DNA of 64,000 nt, from contig JBHGNT010000003.1 in NCBI GenBank assembly GCA_043228905.1, positions 15,686,001 through 15,750,000 on the forward strand, given 5' to 3'. Below are positions 36,301 through 48,983 of this stretch, one piece after another. A program made the translations under genes and the position numbers. Each line of letters starts with the position of its first letter. Position 1 is the first letter of the stretch. The DNA comes from Azolla caroliniana (Eukaryota; Plantae; Polypodiophyta). Under the pieces are notes generated by a model that saw only the letters and a list, made by a program, of their open reading frames with translations, did no database searches and was not told where the DNA came from.

Positions 36301-39300
36301 TTTGGGAGAAAATCGGCACCATGCTAGAGAGTAAAAATGTGTAAATCGGGTTTCGGTATTCCGAAACTTAGTGAGACTCCGGTACCAGGACAGATCCAAC
36401 ATGGCGGAGCACATGAACGCATTTCAGGGGCTCATAAATCAAAGAACTTCGCTCGAAGTACCTCTAGCCGACGAGGTACTTGCATTGCTCCTGCTCGGTT
36501 CCCTCCCGGATAGTTGGGAGACACTAGTTGTCACTTTGGGCAACGCCGGCCCGGAAGGAAAGCAGTTGTCCCTAGCAAGGGTAAAATCAAGTTGCTAGAT
36601 GAAGAAGCTTGCCGAAAGGATTGGGAGTCCGGAATCGATCTGAAGGCCTTGGTCACGGAAGATGACCATAACCGGGGAAGAGGCCGATATCGGAGTCCCC
36701 AAAACCGGGACAAATCGGGGACAAGGTCGAAGTCAAGGGGGAGGCCTACGTGCTTCTATTGTGGGAAGGCAGGGTACTTCAAGAAAAACTATCGGCATTT
36801 ATAGAAAGAGAAAGGAACCGACAGTGCCGATTCAAGGAAGGGTTCGGACCCGAACGGTTCGGACCGGAAAGGCTCGGATCGGAAAGGAACATCAGCAATC
36901 GCGATAAGTGAAGAAGAACTGTTGCTCATCACCGAGGAGAATGAGTTAAACCTTGTCAGCGATGAGACAACGTAGATTGTCGATTTCGGAGCGTCATTCC
37001 ACCTGACACTGGACCGGAGATGCTTCTCATCCTACACAACCAGAAATCACGGTTGTGTCCGGATGGGGAATGAATGGACCTACCGAATCATCGACATAGG
37101 AGATGTGTTGTTGACGACATCAACCGGATGCAAATTGCTGCTGAAAGAAGTCCAGCACGTTTTGGTGGTTCGGATGAACCTAAAATCAGCCGGTCGGCTA
37201 GATGATGAAGGCTACATGGGTAGCATCCGGAACGGAGTCATTAAATTCAGCAAAGGAAGCCTGATTGTGGCTCGATCCTGGATGATCAACACGCTATATC
37301 TTATGCATGCTCGGATATGCCGGGAAGAAGTGAACGTAGCATCCGACACTACCGGTGAGTTGTGGCACAAGAGACTTTATCATATGAGCCAGAAGGGGAT
37401 GAGAAGACTTGCCAAAGACAACCTCATTCCGGAGGTGAAAGACGTGCATCTCGATAAGTGCATTGATTCCTTGGTCTGCAAGCAAACCCGAACCTCCTTC
37501 CGGTCAAGACCACCGATGAGACGGAATGCATCACTGGAGTTGGTGCATACCGATGTGTGTCAAGTAGACACGAGGTAACATGCCAGATCGTAGTACTCTA
37601 TGACGTTCATAGATGACCACAGCCAGAAACTGTGGGTCTCACTGCTGAAGATGAAGGATCAAGTGTTGTTTGTCTTCAAGGAACTCCACATGAGACTAGA
37701 AAGAGAAACCGGCCGGAAGCTGAAAGCGGTTCAAGCTGATAACGGAGGAGAGTACCGGGGGCAGTTCGAGGAGTACTGCCAATCGAAGGGAATCTAGCTC
37801 GAATTCACCGTGCCGAAGACACTAGAACCAAACGGGTGGGCCGAACGGATGAACCAGACCGTGATGGAGAGAATCCGGAGCATGCTGGCACATGCAAAGC
37901 TACCCAAGACGTTTTGGGGTGAGGCGTTGATGACAGCGACGTATGTGATAAACAGATCACCCTCAGCACCCACCCTTGGACGGAGACACACCAGAGAGAG
38001 TATGGACTAGTAAAGACGTGTCTTACTAGCATCTAAAGGTGTTCGGCTGTCTTGCATATGTGCATGTTGCAAAGGACAAGAGAGCACAGCTGGCTCCGAA
38101 GTCCAGGCCATGCATATTCCTTGGATACGGTGATGATGAGATTGGTTACCGAGAGTGGGATCAGGTCGACAAGAAGGTGTTTCGGAGTCAGGACATAGTC
38201 TTCATGGAAGACAGGACCATTGCCGACTGGGAGTCGGAGAAGAAGGCGATGAACTCCGGATCATCCAATGAAAACCGGCTTAAGGACACAAGGACTTACC
38301 CGGTTGAAAACCGGATGTTAGCCGAGAACCGGATGACACTCGCCGAACCGACCGGATTCGGACAAGAAACCAAACCGACCGAAGAAGAAGAAGAAGAAGA
38401 CATCGGAACCAGACAAGATCCCGAATTAGATTCAGATGAGGAAAAAACAGAGGAACCGATAGTCAGAAACCAAGGACGAAGATACCCTCTTAGAGGGAGA
38501 AGAGCCCCCCCCCCCCCCCCCCCCCCGAGAGTTCCAGATGCAGAGCACGTATTGCGGACCAATGAGGGGGAGCCGGAAAGCTTCGAAAAAGCAAAGAAAG
38601 ACACCCACAGCCGCAAGTGGTTAAGTTCCATGCAGGAAGAGATGGATTCCCTGCATGAGAACCACACATATGAATTGACGGAGCTACCGAAAGGAAAGAG
38701 AGCACTCCGGAATAACTGGGAGTACAAGCTGAAAATGGGGGATGCCGGAAATCCACTGAGGTACAAGGCCCGGATCGTGGTGAAGAGTTTCCAGCAGAAG
38801 AAAGGTGTGGATTTCGATGAGATCTTTGTCATGATAGTAAAGATGACATCCATCCGAACGGTATTGGGCATACTTGCAAGCATGGACCTCGAGGTAGAGG
38901 AACTGGACGTCAAGACGGCATTCCTACATGGCGACCTTGAAGAAGAGATCTACATGCATCAACTTGAAGGATTTGAGAGGAAAGGGAAGGAACACCTGGT
39001 ATGCCGACTAAAGAAGAGCTTATACGGATTGAAGCAAGCCCCCCGGCAATGGTATTGGAAGCTCAAGTCCTGCATGATGGATCAAGGGTACCACAAAACG
39101 CAACCCGATCACTGCGTGTTTGTGAAGAAATTTGACGGAGGAGATTTCCTGATATTGCTCCTGTATGTGGACGACATGTTGATCGTCGAACGAGACCAAG
39201 TCAAGATATGAATGTTGAAGAAGGCCCTAAACCGGACCTTCTCAATGAAAGAGTTGGGTCCTGCAAGACAGATTTTGGGGATGCACATCATCTAGGACTG

Positions 39301-41423
39301 GTCGAAGAAGCTGTTGTGGTTGTCACAGGAGAAGTACGTGACAAAGGTGCTTCAAAGGTTCAACATTTCGGAGGCGAAACTGGTCGGATCGACACTTCCG
39401 GAAAATTGCAAGTTGTCCAGAAAGCAGAGCCCAAAGACAAAGGCAGAGAAGTCGGTATATGACGAAGATACCATATGTCTTTGCCGTCGGAAGTTTAATG
39501 TATGCAATGGTGTGCACGCGACCGGATATTACATATGTTGTCGGAGTAGTCAGCCGGTTCATGAGCAATCCGGGAAGAGAGAATTAGAATGCGTTCAAGT
39601 CGATACTCCGGTATTTGAAAGGCACCTCGAGTATGTGCCTCCGGTTTCGCTCCGGTAAACCCCAACTTGACGGATTCACAAATTCGGATATGTCCCCTGA
39701 TGCGGATACCAGCCGATCTACATCTGGATATGTCATGACGTATGCAAGGGGGGTTGTATCATGGCAGTCAAGGTTGCAGAAGTCCGTTGCACTGTCGAGA
39801 ACGGAAGCGGAGTACATGGTAGTTGTGGAAGCCGGCAAGGAGATAATCTAGATGAAGGACTTCATCGGAGAGCTAGGGATCCGGCAGGAGGAATTCCAGC
39901 TCTACTGCCACAGTCAAAGTGTCATCTGTTGGGAAATCGGTCCCTCCGGATGGGATCCGATTATGAATGGAGTGAACCCGGTGAGAACCGAAAGAGATCC
40001 GGAAACCGGATCGGATGGACCCTATGAGCTGGAAGTGAAGACATATTTGTAAATATGTTTTTTAGTAAGCCTATTGAAGCTATATTTATAAATAGCCCTA
40101 AGTTCATATAAGTATAAATATGACTTAGGGCAATTACTTTAGTGGTGGTTGTCATATTGTGTATAACTACTATACAAACAAAGAGTGAAAGAGAACGAGA
40201 GAGTAGCTACGAGCACTTTCTGTTGTAACCACCTTCTGGTGAAGATTGCGAGCACGAGGTCGTTGCCTCTGTCTCTCCTCTTTGTATTTCCTCTCATATA
40301 ATGATAGTTGGAGTCCGTGGACTCCCTTGGTTTTTCCCTATTAGGGTTTTCCACGTAAATATTCTATGTACTCTCTACTTCCCTTTTCTGTGTTTCATTC
40401 CCATTGTTTTGATTCAAGACTCGATTGTGGCCAAGCAATATTCAGCATTATACTTCACAATTTGGTACACAATCCTCTCATATAGTGATAGTTGGAGTCT
40501 GTGGGCTCCCTTGGTTTTTCCCTATTAGGGTTTTCCACGAAAATATTTTGTGTACTCTCTACTTCCCATTTTTGTGCTTCATTCCCATTGTTGTGATTCA
40601 AGACTCGGTTGTGGCCAAGCAATATTCCACGCTATTCTTCACAATTTGGTATCAGAGCGAATAACACAAGAAATGAGAGAGTCGTTCAACGCCATGTTCA
40701 AGCTCACTGGCTCCAACTACTCAATGTGGAAGTCGAAGATGAGGGATATGTTGGTGGTTAAAGATTTGTGGTTGCTGGTTCAATTCGAGGACAAGAAACC
40801 GGATAAAATCGACGCCACTGTGTGGGAGGTGATGCACATGAAGACGACGTCATACATTTGGTGCTTCATCAACATGAGACTATACAACAACTTCAATGAA
40901 GAGAGCAAGGCTCATGAACTCTGGGAGAAGATCGGCATCATGTTCTAGAACAAGAATCTCGTTAATCGGGTTTCGGTATTCCAACAGCTAGTGAGGCTCC
41001 GGTACCAAGACGGCTCCAGTATGGCAGAGCACATGAATGCCCTCCAAGGGCTAATACATCAAGCAACCTCCTTGGAAGTACCTCTCACCGACAAGTTACT
41101 CACATTGCTCTTGCTCGGTTCCATCCCGGATAGCTGGGAGACGTTAGTTGTCTCGTGGCCGGAAGGAAAGAAGTTGTCCCTAGCAATGGTAAAGTCAAGC
41201 TTGCTAGATGAAGAAGCTCGCCGGGAGGACCGGGAGTCTGGAACCGATCCGAAGGCCTTGGTCACGGAAGATGACCACAACCGGGGAGGAGGCCGGTATC
41301 AGAGTCTCCAAAACCGGGACAAATCGAGGATGAGGTCGAAGTCAAGGGGGAGGCCTATGTGCTTCTATTGCGGGAAGCCGAGACAATTCCAAAAGAACTG
41401 TCGGCATTTCCGGAAAGAGAAAG

Positions 41424-44400
41424 TGTAAAAGAATACTTGCGGAAGCGTGTTACGTGAACGTTGAGTATACAGTTAGAAAATAAGACAATTCGATATACAC
41501 AGGAAAACGCAGAGATGGAGAGGGAGAGACAGACACAGAGAGAAAGAACAGACAACTAAAACCCCAATTCAAAATAATACTTTGTTCTGTTACATACATC
41601 ATGCTCAGAGAGCACCTTATATACAAGCCCTGACAATCGGGTTGACTTAAGTACTGACAGTACTTGACCGCTCATAAATGAGCCTCTACACTCACTCCCA
41701 AAAATATTCTTCCACGAGGAATAACATTCTAACGGCCTCGCGGTGTCCGCACCGTTATGGCCATTGTTGTGTGTACTTCCATATTACACACCGAATGTTG
41801 AGCTTGTCTCTCAACACTCCCCCTCAAGCTCAACTTGAGGTTCTGCCTGCTCCGCCGGATCTACGCTCCGGCTCCTCCTGGCATTACGCCTAGCTCACAC
41901 TCCTCAACCCGTTCGATTCCGCGCGCTTCGACCCTTCCGATCGGCTTGTCTGCTTCGTCGGCCCTTCTTAGCTCTCTCGTTGTTGTAGTGTTGGCTCATC
42001 CTTTGCTGCCCTTTTCTCCACTTGGCCCTAAGTTGATTCGGCATATCCGAATCAAACATTCCGATTGAATCGAACATTTCCGACTCAATTTCGCTCTCAT
42101 CCGAGTTGGCTGTCTCCAACTCGTCTTCGATCTTCTTGCCCTTGTTGGCTTCATCTCCCGCTTCTTTGGCTATCCTCGGCTTTTCCATAAAATTATGGTC
42201 CTTGCTTCCTTCAGCTTCTTCAGCTGGTTTAAAATCAAAATCGAATTCTTCATCCGACTCCGCATCACGTCCGCCGTGATGACCTCCGCATAGCGTGCAC
42301 TTTTCTCTCTGTTCCTTCATGCACTCTTCTTCCTGCTCCTTCCTCCCCCTTAAGTTCGGTGTGTTGAGGTGACACATCCCAAGCTCACCCGAGAAACGTC
42401 GTAACTTGTCAAGACCAAGAGGTTTGGTAAAAGATATCGGCAATCTGCCGATCCGTCGAAACATGCACCAATCGACTTCACCAGAGAGGACCCACTCACG
42501 GACAAAGTGATAATGTACCTCAATGTGCTTGGTCCAGGCATGGAAGACGGGGTTCTTCGAAAGGTGGATACTATTGAGGTTGTCGCAAAAGATCGTCATC
42601 GGATCAGACACCTTTACCTACAGATCCCGTAGTAGCCGCTTTAGCCATATGACTTCGCACGTAGCGACAATCCCCCTCGATATTCGGCCTTCGTGCTCGA
42701 TAGTGCCACTGTTGGTTGCTTTTTGCTGCTCCACGCAATAGCCGCACTTCCTAGCAAGAAGGCGTATCGAGATGTGGAACGACGATTGTGGGCATTTCCG
42801 ACCCAATCGGCATCCGTGTAGCCAACTAACTACGTGGCTACGCCTGCCCGATAGAACAACGCCATGTCTTTAGTGCCACGGACATATCGCAATATCCGTT
42901 GTGCGCACTAAAAGTGTTCTGCCATAGGCTGCGACATAAATTGATTGATTAATCTGACCGGGTAACTGAGGTCCGGCTGTGTAATCGTGAAATAAATTAG
43001 GAGCACATCTCTTCCTCCATCGTGGCACGCTAATTCGCGTCTTTAGTAGCTTCTGCATAGCTCTCCGACTCACGCACTTCCGCCACTTGCGTCATGTACG
43101 CATAATGATGCGCCATGTACTCATTTTAGTCATACCTCTTCACGGGGTTCTTCTGGCGGGTAGATCGACGTAATTCTAGATTACTCGATTTCGCGGCTTT
43201 CTCAGCCGACTTTGACCTCTCCCGCGGAGGTTCCTTTCCGATTGGCTCGATGTCAGATTCGCTTCGAGCTGAGTTGGCACTACCGAAATCGTATTCCGGC
43301 GTCCCTTTTTCCTTACACGTGAACCGTCTCCTCGCTTCCTTACGCGGGGACATCACGGCCGAGTCTCCACTACTCGCCGTATCATGATCTGGTTGGCCAT
43401 CTCGGCCCAACCCCTCATTTGGCCCACTGAACCGAAATGAGATCAGACTCTCTCTCAGAGTGCCGATGTCTTCATCACGTGGAGGCATTTCAGCCTCGCT
43501 GACCTCGTCGTCAGAGATCGGAATGGAATCAAGAGGTTCCGGAGGATAAGGCAAGTACCACGAAGCGGACTCGTCGAACATGACGTCACGACTTGCGTGT
43601 ACTCCCTTCGTTCGGGGGTTATAACACTTATAACCTTTTTGTTCATCCGAATAGCCGACCAAGATGCATTTTTCAGCCTTGGCATCTAGCTTCCTCCTCT
43701 TCTCCTTCGGCACGTGCACATATGCAATGTTGCCGAAAATCCTCAAGTGTGCCAGGTTCGGCTTCTTCCCGAAATAAAGCTCATGTGGCGACACACCTCC
43801 ATTAGCAGAAGTCTGATTCTGCAAGTAGACAGCCGTCCTCACAGCTTCGGCTCAATAGAACTTCGGCATATGCTTCTCTTCAAGCATAGCTCTGGCTGCC
43901 TCTACAATCATTTGATTCTTCCGCTCGGCTACGCCGTTTTGCTGCGGCGTATATCTACATGAGAATTCCCGTCGAATTCCCTCCTTTCGTAGATAACTTG
44001 TGAACTGGTCGGAGAAGTACTCCTTCCCTCCATCGGACCACAGACATTTGATCTTACGCCCTGTTTCCCTTTCCGCGAGGCTCTTCACCTCCAGGAAACA
44101 TGTGAAGACTTCGTTCTTCTTCGCGATCATGCATGCGCACGTGTGCCGAGTGAAGTCATTGATGAATATTACGAAGTAACGGCTTCCACCGATGCTCACG
44201 TTCTGTGCCGGTCCCCACACATCCGAATGAATTAAATCGAGCGGATTACGGGTCCGATTACGCTCGTTGGGGAATGGAAGTCGGTGTTCTTTTCCCATAT
44301 GGTAGGCTTTGCAGACTTGGGCATTACGGCCCCGAAATTTCGGCAATCCTAAAACGATATTCTTTGTCTGCATTTCTCGAAACCGTGGGAAATTTACGTG

Positions 44401-46310
44401 GCCGAACCGCTTGTGCCACAGGTCCATATCCGATTCGACCTTCTGTCCTTTCACGAACAGCGCGGTTCCGGCTTGATTTGTGTCGAGGATAAACATCCTC
44501 CCTTCATGGTGCCCTTGCGCGATCACTTTGCCTTCATCTTCAATGAAGCAACTGAGATGTGTGAATCGAACTTGCATCCCCTGGTCGACAATCTGACCGA
44601 CCGACACCAGGTTCTTTGTTATTGTCGGGACGTGCAACACGTTCATTAGCTTCCCTTTTTTGCCCGACGTGGCTAAGGGGAACTTCACCGACATGTTCGA
44701 TGGTATGTGGAGTGTTGTCTCCCGTTTTGACTACTCCACGTGATTCCGGCTTCTCCAAGTACGAGAACCATTCCTTGTGACTCATCATATGATTTGACGC
44801 TCCAGTATCTACATACCACACCTCGCTTGGTTTCGAGGTGTTCACGACCATCGAGTTGGCCTTGTGCTTCATTACGAAGACAAGGTCCGCTCCATTTTCA
44901 GCTCGTTCAGAGCCCTCATCGTAATGCGATTTCTAACGCCTTCTTGCGTCTCTTCCGCTTGATCCGGCCTTGTCCGAATCGGCGCTCTTTTTCCAGCATT
45001 TGCTCTCCTTGTGGCCTTTCTTGCCACAATACCAACATTTCGATGCAGACTTCTCTTGCCGTCTTTCGGCGCCGCCATGACTCCCCCTGCTCCCGGAGGG
45101 TCTGAAACTGCTCTCGGCATTACGATTATGCCGCATGTTCGGCCGCCTCCATTGTGCACTGATCCGCCTCATCCACCACGACCACGAGGCCTATCATCCT
45201 CCGTGTATAGCATCTTGCCGTCGGTGTGCGTACTCGTCGACGCACCCGCGCAGTTTTCTTCTACAAGCAACATTGACTGTAGCTCGAAAAACGAAGGCGT
45301 AATCTCCCTTGTGTAGACCGCCATTCGGAAAGCTCCGAACTTAGACGCTAACCCGCCAAGGCAGACCTGCACCATTTCGTCCTCTTCGACTTTCACGTTG
45401 ACAGAGGCGAGTGATTCACAGATCTCTTTGATCTTGGTGGTGTAATCAGCCACCGACATATCTCTTTGTCGTACATTACTGAGCTCCTGTCTGAGCTACA
45501 GCTTCCTGGCCATTGTGCTGGCATCGAAGATCTTCTTCAGATTCGCCCATGCGTCCTTTGGCGTCTTGGCATCCCGAATGTAGCTCAAAAGTTGGTCGCT
45601 CACACAGGACGCGAAGCAGTACAGCACTGTGCTTGCCGCTTGTTCCCAAGCCGGATAGTCCTTGTGTGTCGAGTTGGGTGCCGCATCATTTGCTCCTTTG
45701 AAATAACTCCAGTACCTGTGTCCAAGCAGGTATTGGTGCATCTTGTACGACCAAGATGCGTAGTTGCTCCTATCGAGCTTCTCAGCCAGAAGCGAGCTTC
45801 CCATTCCTCTGTCCATAATACTGTCTTTTTCTTCTTCGAAGATGAACTTCAACCTTGTTTCGTCACAAGCTTTCCTTGTCGACTGCAGAGGACTTCAACC
45901 CTCTCGCTTTGATACCATGTAAAAGAATACGTGCGGAAGCATGTTACGTGACCGCTGAGTATACAGTTAGAAAATAAGACAGTTCGATATACATAGGAAA
46001 ACGTAGAGATGGAGAGGGAGAGACAGACACAGAGAGAAAGAATAGACAACTAAAACCTCAATTCAAAATAATACTTTGTTCTGTTACATACATCGTGCTC
46101 AGAGAGCACCTTATATACAAGCCCTGACAATCGGGCTGACTTAAGTACTGACAATACTTGACCGCTCATAAATGAGCCTCTACACTCACTCCCAAAAATA
46201 TTCCTCCACGAGGAATAACATTCTAACGGCCTCGCGGTGTTCGTACCGTTACGGCCATTGTTGTGCATACTTCCATATTACGCACTGAATGTTGAGCTTG
46301 TCTCTCAACA
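41424..46310 (-). mobile_element. Ty1/copia element D with RT core deleted; LTRs 41424-41816 and 45918-46310 (393 bp each); TSD GAAAG
   Basis: Perfect TSD at 41419-41423 and 46311-46315; PBS TGGTATCAAAGC; CWYCGKKGHKESKC, WYVDTGAS, IHSDVWGP motifs. Confidence 0.93.
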
Positions 46311-48983
46311 GAAAGAAACAAGCACCACCGATTCGAAGAAAAGTTCAGACCAAAACTGTTCGGACCGGAGAGGCCCAGATCGGAAAGGAACATTGGTGAT
46401 CACGACAAGTGAAGAGGAACTAATGCTCATTAGCGAGGAGAATGAGTTAAACCTTGTCGGCAACGAGACAATGTGGGTTGTCGATTCCGGAGCGCCGTTC
46501 CACCTGACACCAGATCGGAGATGCTTCTCATCCTACACATTAGGTGATCATGGTTGTGTCCGAATGGGGAATGAAGGTACATGCCGAATCATCAGCATAG
46601 GAGATGTGTTGTTGATGACATCAACCGGATGGAAGTTGCTGTTGAAGGATGTCTGACATGTTCCAGAGGTTCGACTGAACCTTATATCAGTCGGTTGGCT
46701 AGATGATGAAGGCTACATAGGTAGCATCCGGAACAGAGTCATGTAGTTCAGGAAAGGGAGCCTAATAGTGGCTCGAGCCCGGAGGTCAACACATTGTACT
46801 TGATGAATACCCGGATATGCCGGGAAGAAGTGAATGTAGCATCCGACACTACCGGTGAGTTGTGGCACAAGAGATTGTGTCATATGAGCTAGAAGGAGAT
46901 GAAGAGACTTGCCGAAGACAACCTCATTCCGGTGAAGGACATGCAACCTAACAAGTGCACCAATTGACTGGCCCGCAAGCAAAACCGAACCTCCTTTCGA
47001 TCAAGACCACCGATGAGACGGAATGCACCACTGGAGCTGGTGCATACTGATGTGTGTCAAGTGCACACGAAGTCACATGCCGGATCGCAGTACTTCATGT
47101 CGTTCATACATGACCATAGCCGGAAGTTGTGGGTTTCACCAATGAAGACGAAGGATAAAGTGTTATTCTTCTTCAAGGAGCTCCACGCGAGAGTGGAAAG
47201 AGAAACCGGCCGGAAGTTGAAGACGGTTCGTGCAGATAACGGAGGAGAATACAGGGGGCAGTTTGAGGAGTAGTGTCGGTCGAAGGGAATCAGGCTCGAA
47301 TTTACCATGCCGAAGACGCTGGAATTGAACGGGCTGGTAGAACGGATGAACCGGGCCGTGATGGAAATAGTTTGGAGCATGTTGGCACATGCAAAGTTAC
47401 CCAAGACGTTTTGGGCTGAGGTGCTGACGACGGCGACCTATGTGATAAACACATCGCCCTCAATACCTGTGGATGGAGACACACCCCAAAGAGTATGGAC
47501 CGGTAAGGACGTGTCTTACCGGCATCTTAAGGTGTTCGGGTGTCTCGCATATATGCATATTTCAAAGGATAAGAGAGCAAAGCTATATACGAAGTCCAGG
47601 CCATGCATATTCCTTGGATACGGTGATGATGAGTTTGGTTACTGGGTCTGGGATTTGGTCAACAAGAAGGTGTTCCAGAGTCGGGACATAGTCTTCATGG
47701 AAGACAGGACCATTGCCGACTGGGAGTCGAAGACGAAGGTGATGAACTCCGGATCATCCAATGAAAATCGGCTTGAGGACACAAGGACATACCCGGCTGA
47801 AAAACGGATGTTAGTCGGTAACCGGATGACACTCGACGAACCAGCCGAATACAGACAAGAAACCAAACCGACCGAAGAAGAAGAAGACACAGGAACTAGA
47901 CAAGATCCCGAATCGGATTCGGATTCGGAACAAACAAAGGAACCAGTAGTCAGAAACCAAGGACGGAGATATCGTCTTAGAGAGAGAAGAGCCCTCCGGA
48001 GATTTCTGGATGAAAAGCATGTGTTGCTAACCAATGAGGGGGAGCCGGAAAGCTTCGAAGAAGTAAAGAGAGACACCCACAGCCGCAAGTGGTAAAGTGC
48101 CATGCAAGATGAGATGGATCCCTTGCATGAGAACCACACGTATGAACTGATGGAGTTGCCGAAAGGATAGAGGGTACTCTAGAACAAGTGGGTGTATATG
48201 CTGAAACCGGGAGATGCCGGAAACCCACTGAGATACAAAGCGCGGATCGTGGTGAAGGGATTCCAACAGAAGAAAGGAGTGGATTTCGATGAAATCTTTG
48301 CACCAGTAGTAAAGATGACATGCATCCAGACGGTATTGGCCATAGCGGCAAGCATGAACCTAAAGGTAGAGCAACTAGATGTCAAGACGGCATTCCTACA
48401 TGGCGACCTCGACGAAGAAAGCTACATGCATCAACAGGAAGGATTTGAGAAGAAAGGGAAGTAGCACCTAGTGTGCTGGCTGAAGAAGAGCCTATACGGA
48501 CTAAAGCAAGCCCCCCGGCAATGTTGCCGAAGTTCAACTCCTTCATGACCGACCAAGGGTACCACAAAATGCAAGCCGATCACTGCGTCTTTGTGAAGAA
48601 ATTTGAGGAAGGAGATTTCCTGATACTCCTCCTATATGTGGATGATATGTTGATCGTCGGACGAGACCAAGTCAAGATATGGATGCTGAAGAAGGCTCTG
48701 AACCGAACCTTCTCAATGAAAGACTTAGGGCAGGCAAGACAGATATTGGGAATGCACATCATACTGGGACCGGTCGAAGAAGTTGTTGTGGTTGCCACTG
48801 GAAAAGTACGTGACAAAGGTACTCCAAAGGTTCAACATGTTCGAGGCAAAACCGGTCGGATTGAGATTTCCGGCAAACTGCAAGCTATCCGGAAAACAAA
48901 GCTCGACGACAAAGACGGAGAAGATGGATATGATGAAGACCATATGCTTCTCCCATCGGGAGCTTGATGTACGCGATGGTATG

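Noticed and set aside
41904-42340. Acidic ORF extension after copia D RNase H as an env-like gene
   Set aside because: Low-complexity purine-rich 3' region, no transmembrane segment, and no clear protein-level match in the related remnant at 26481-26786.
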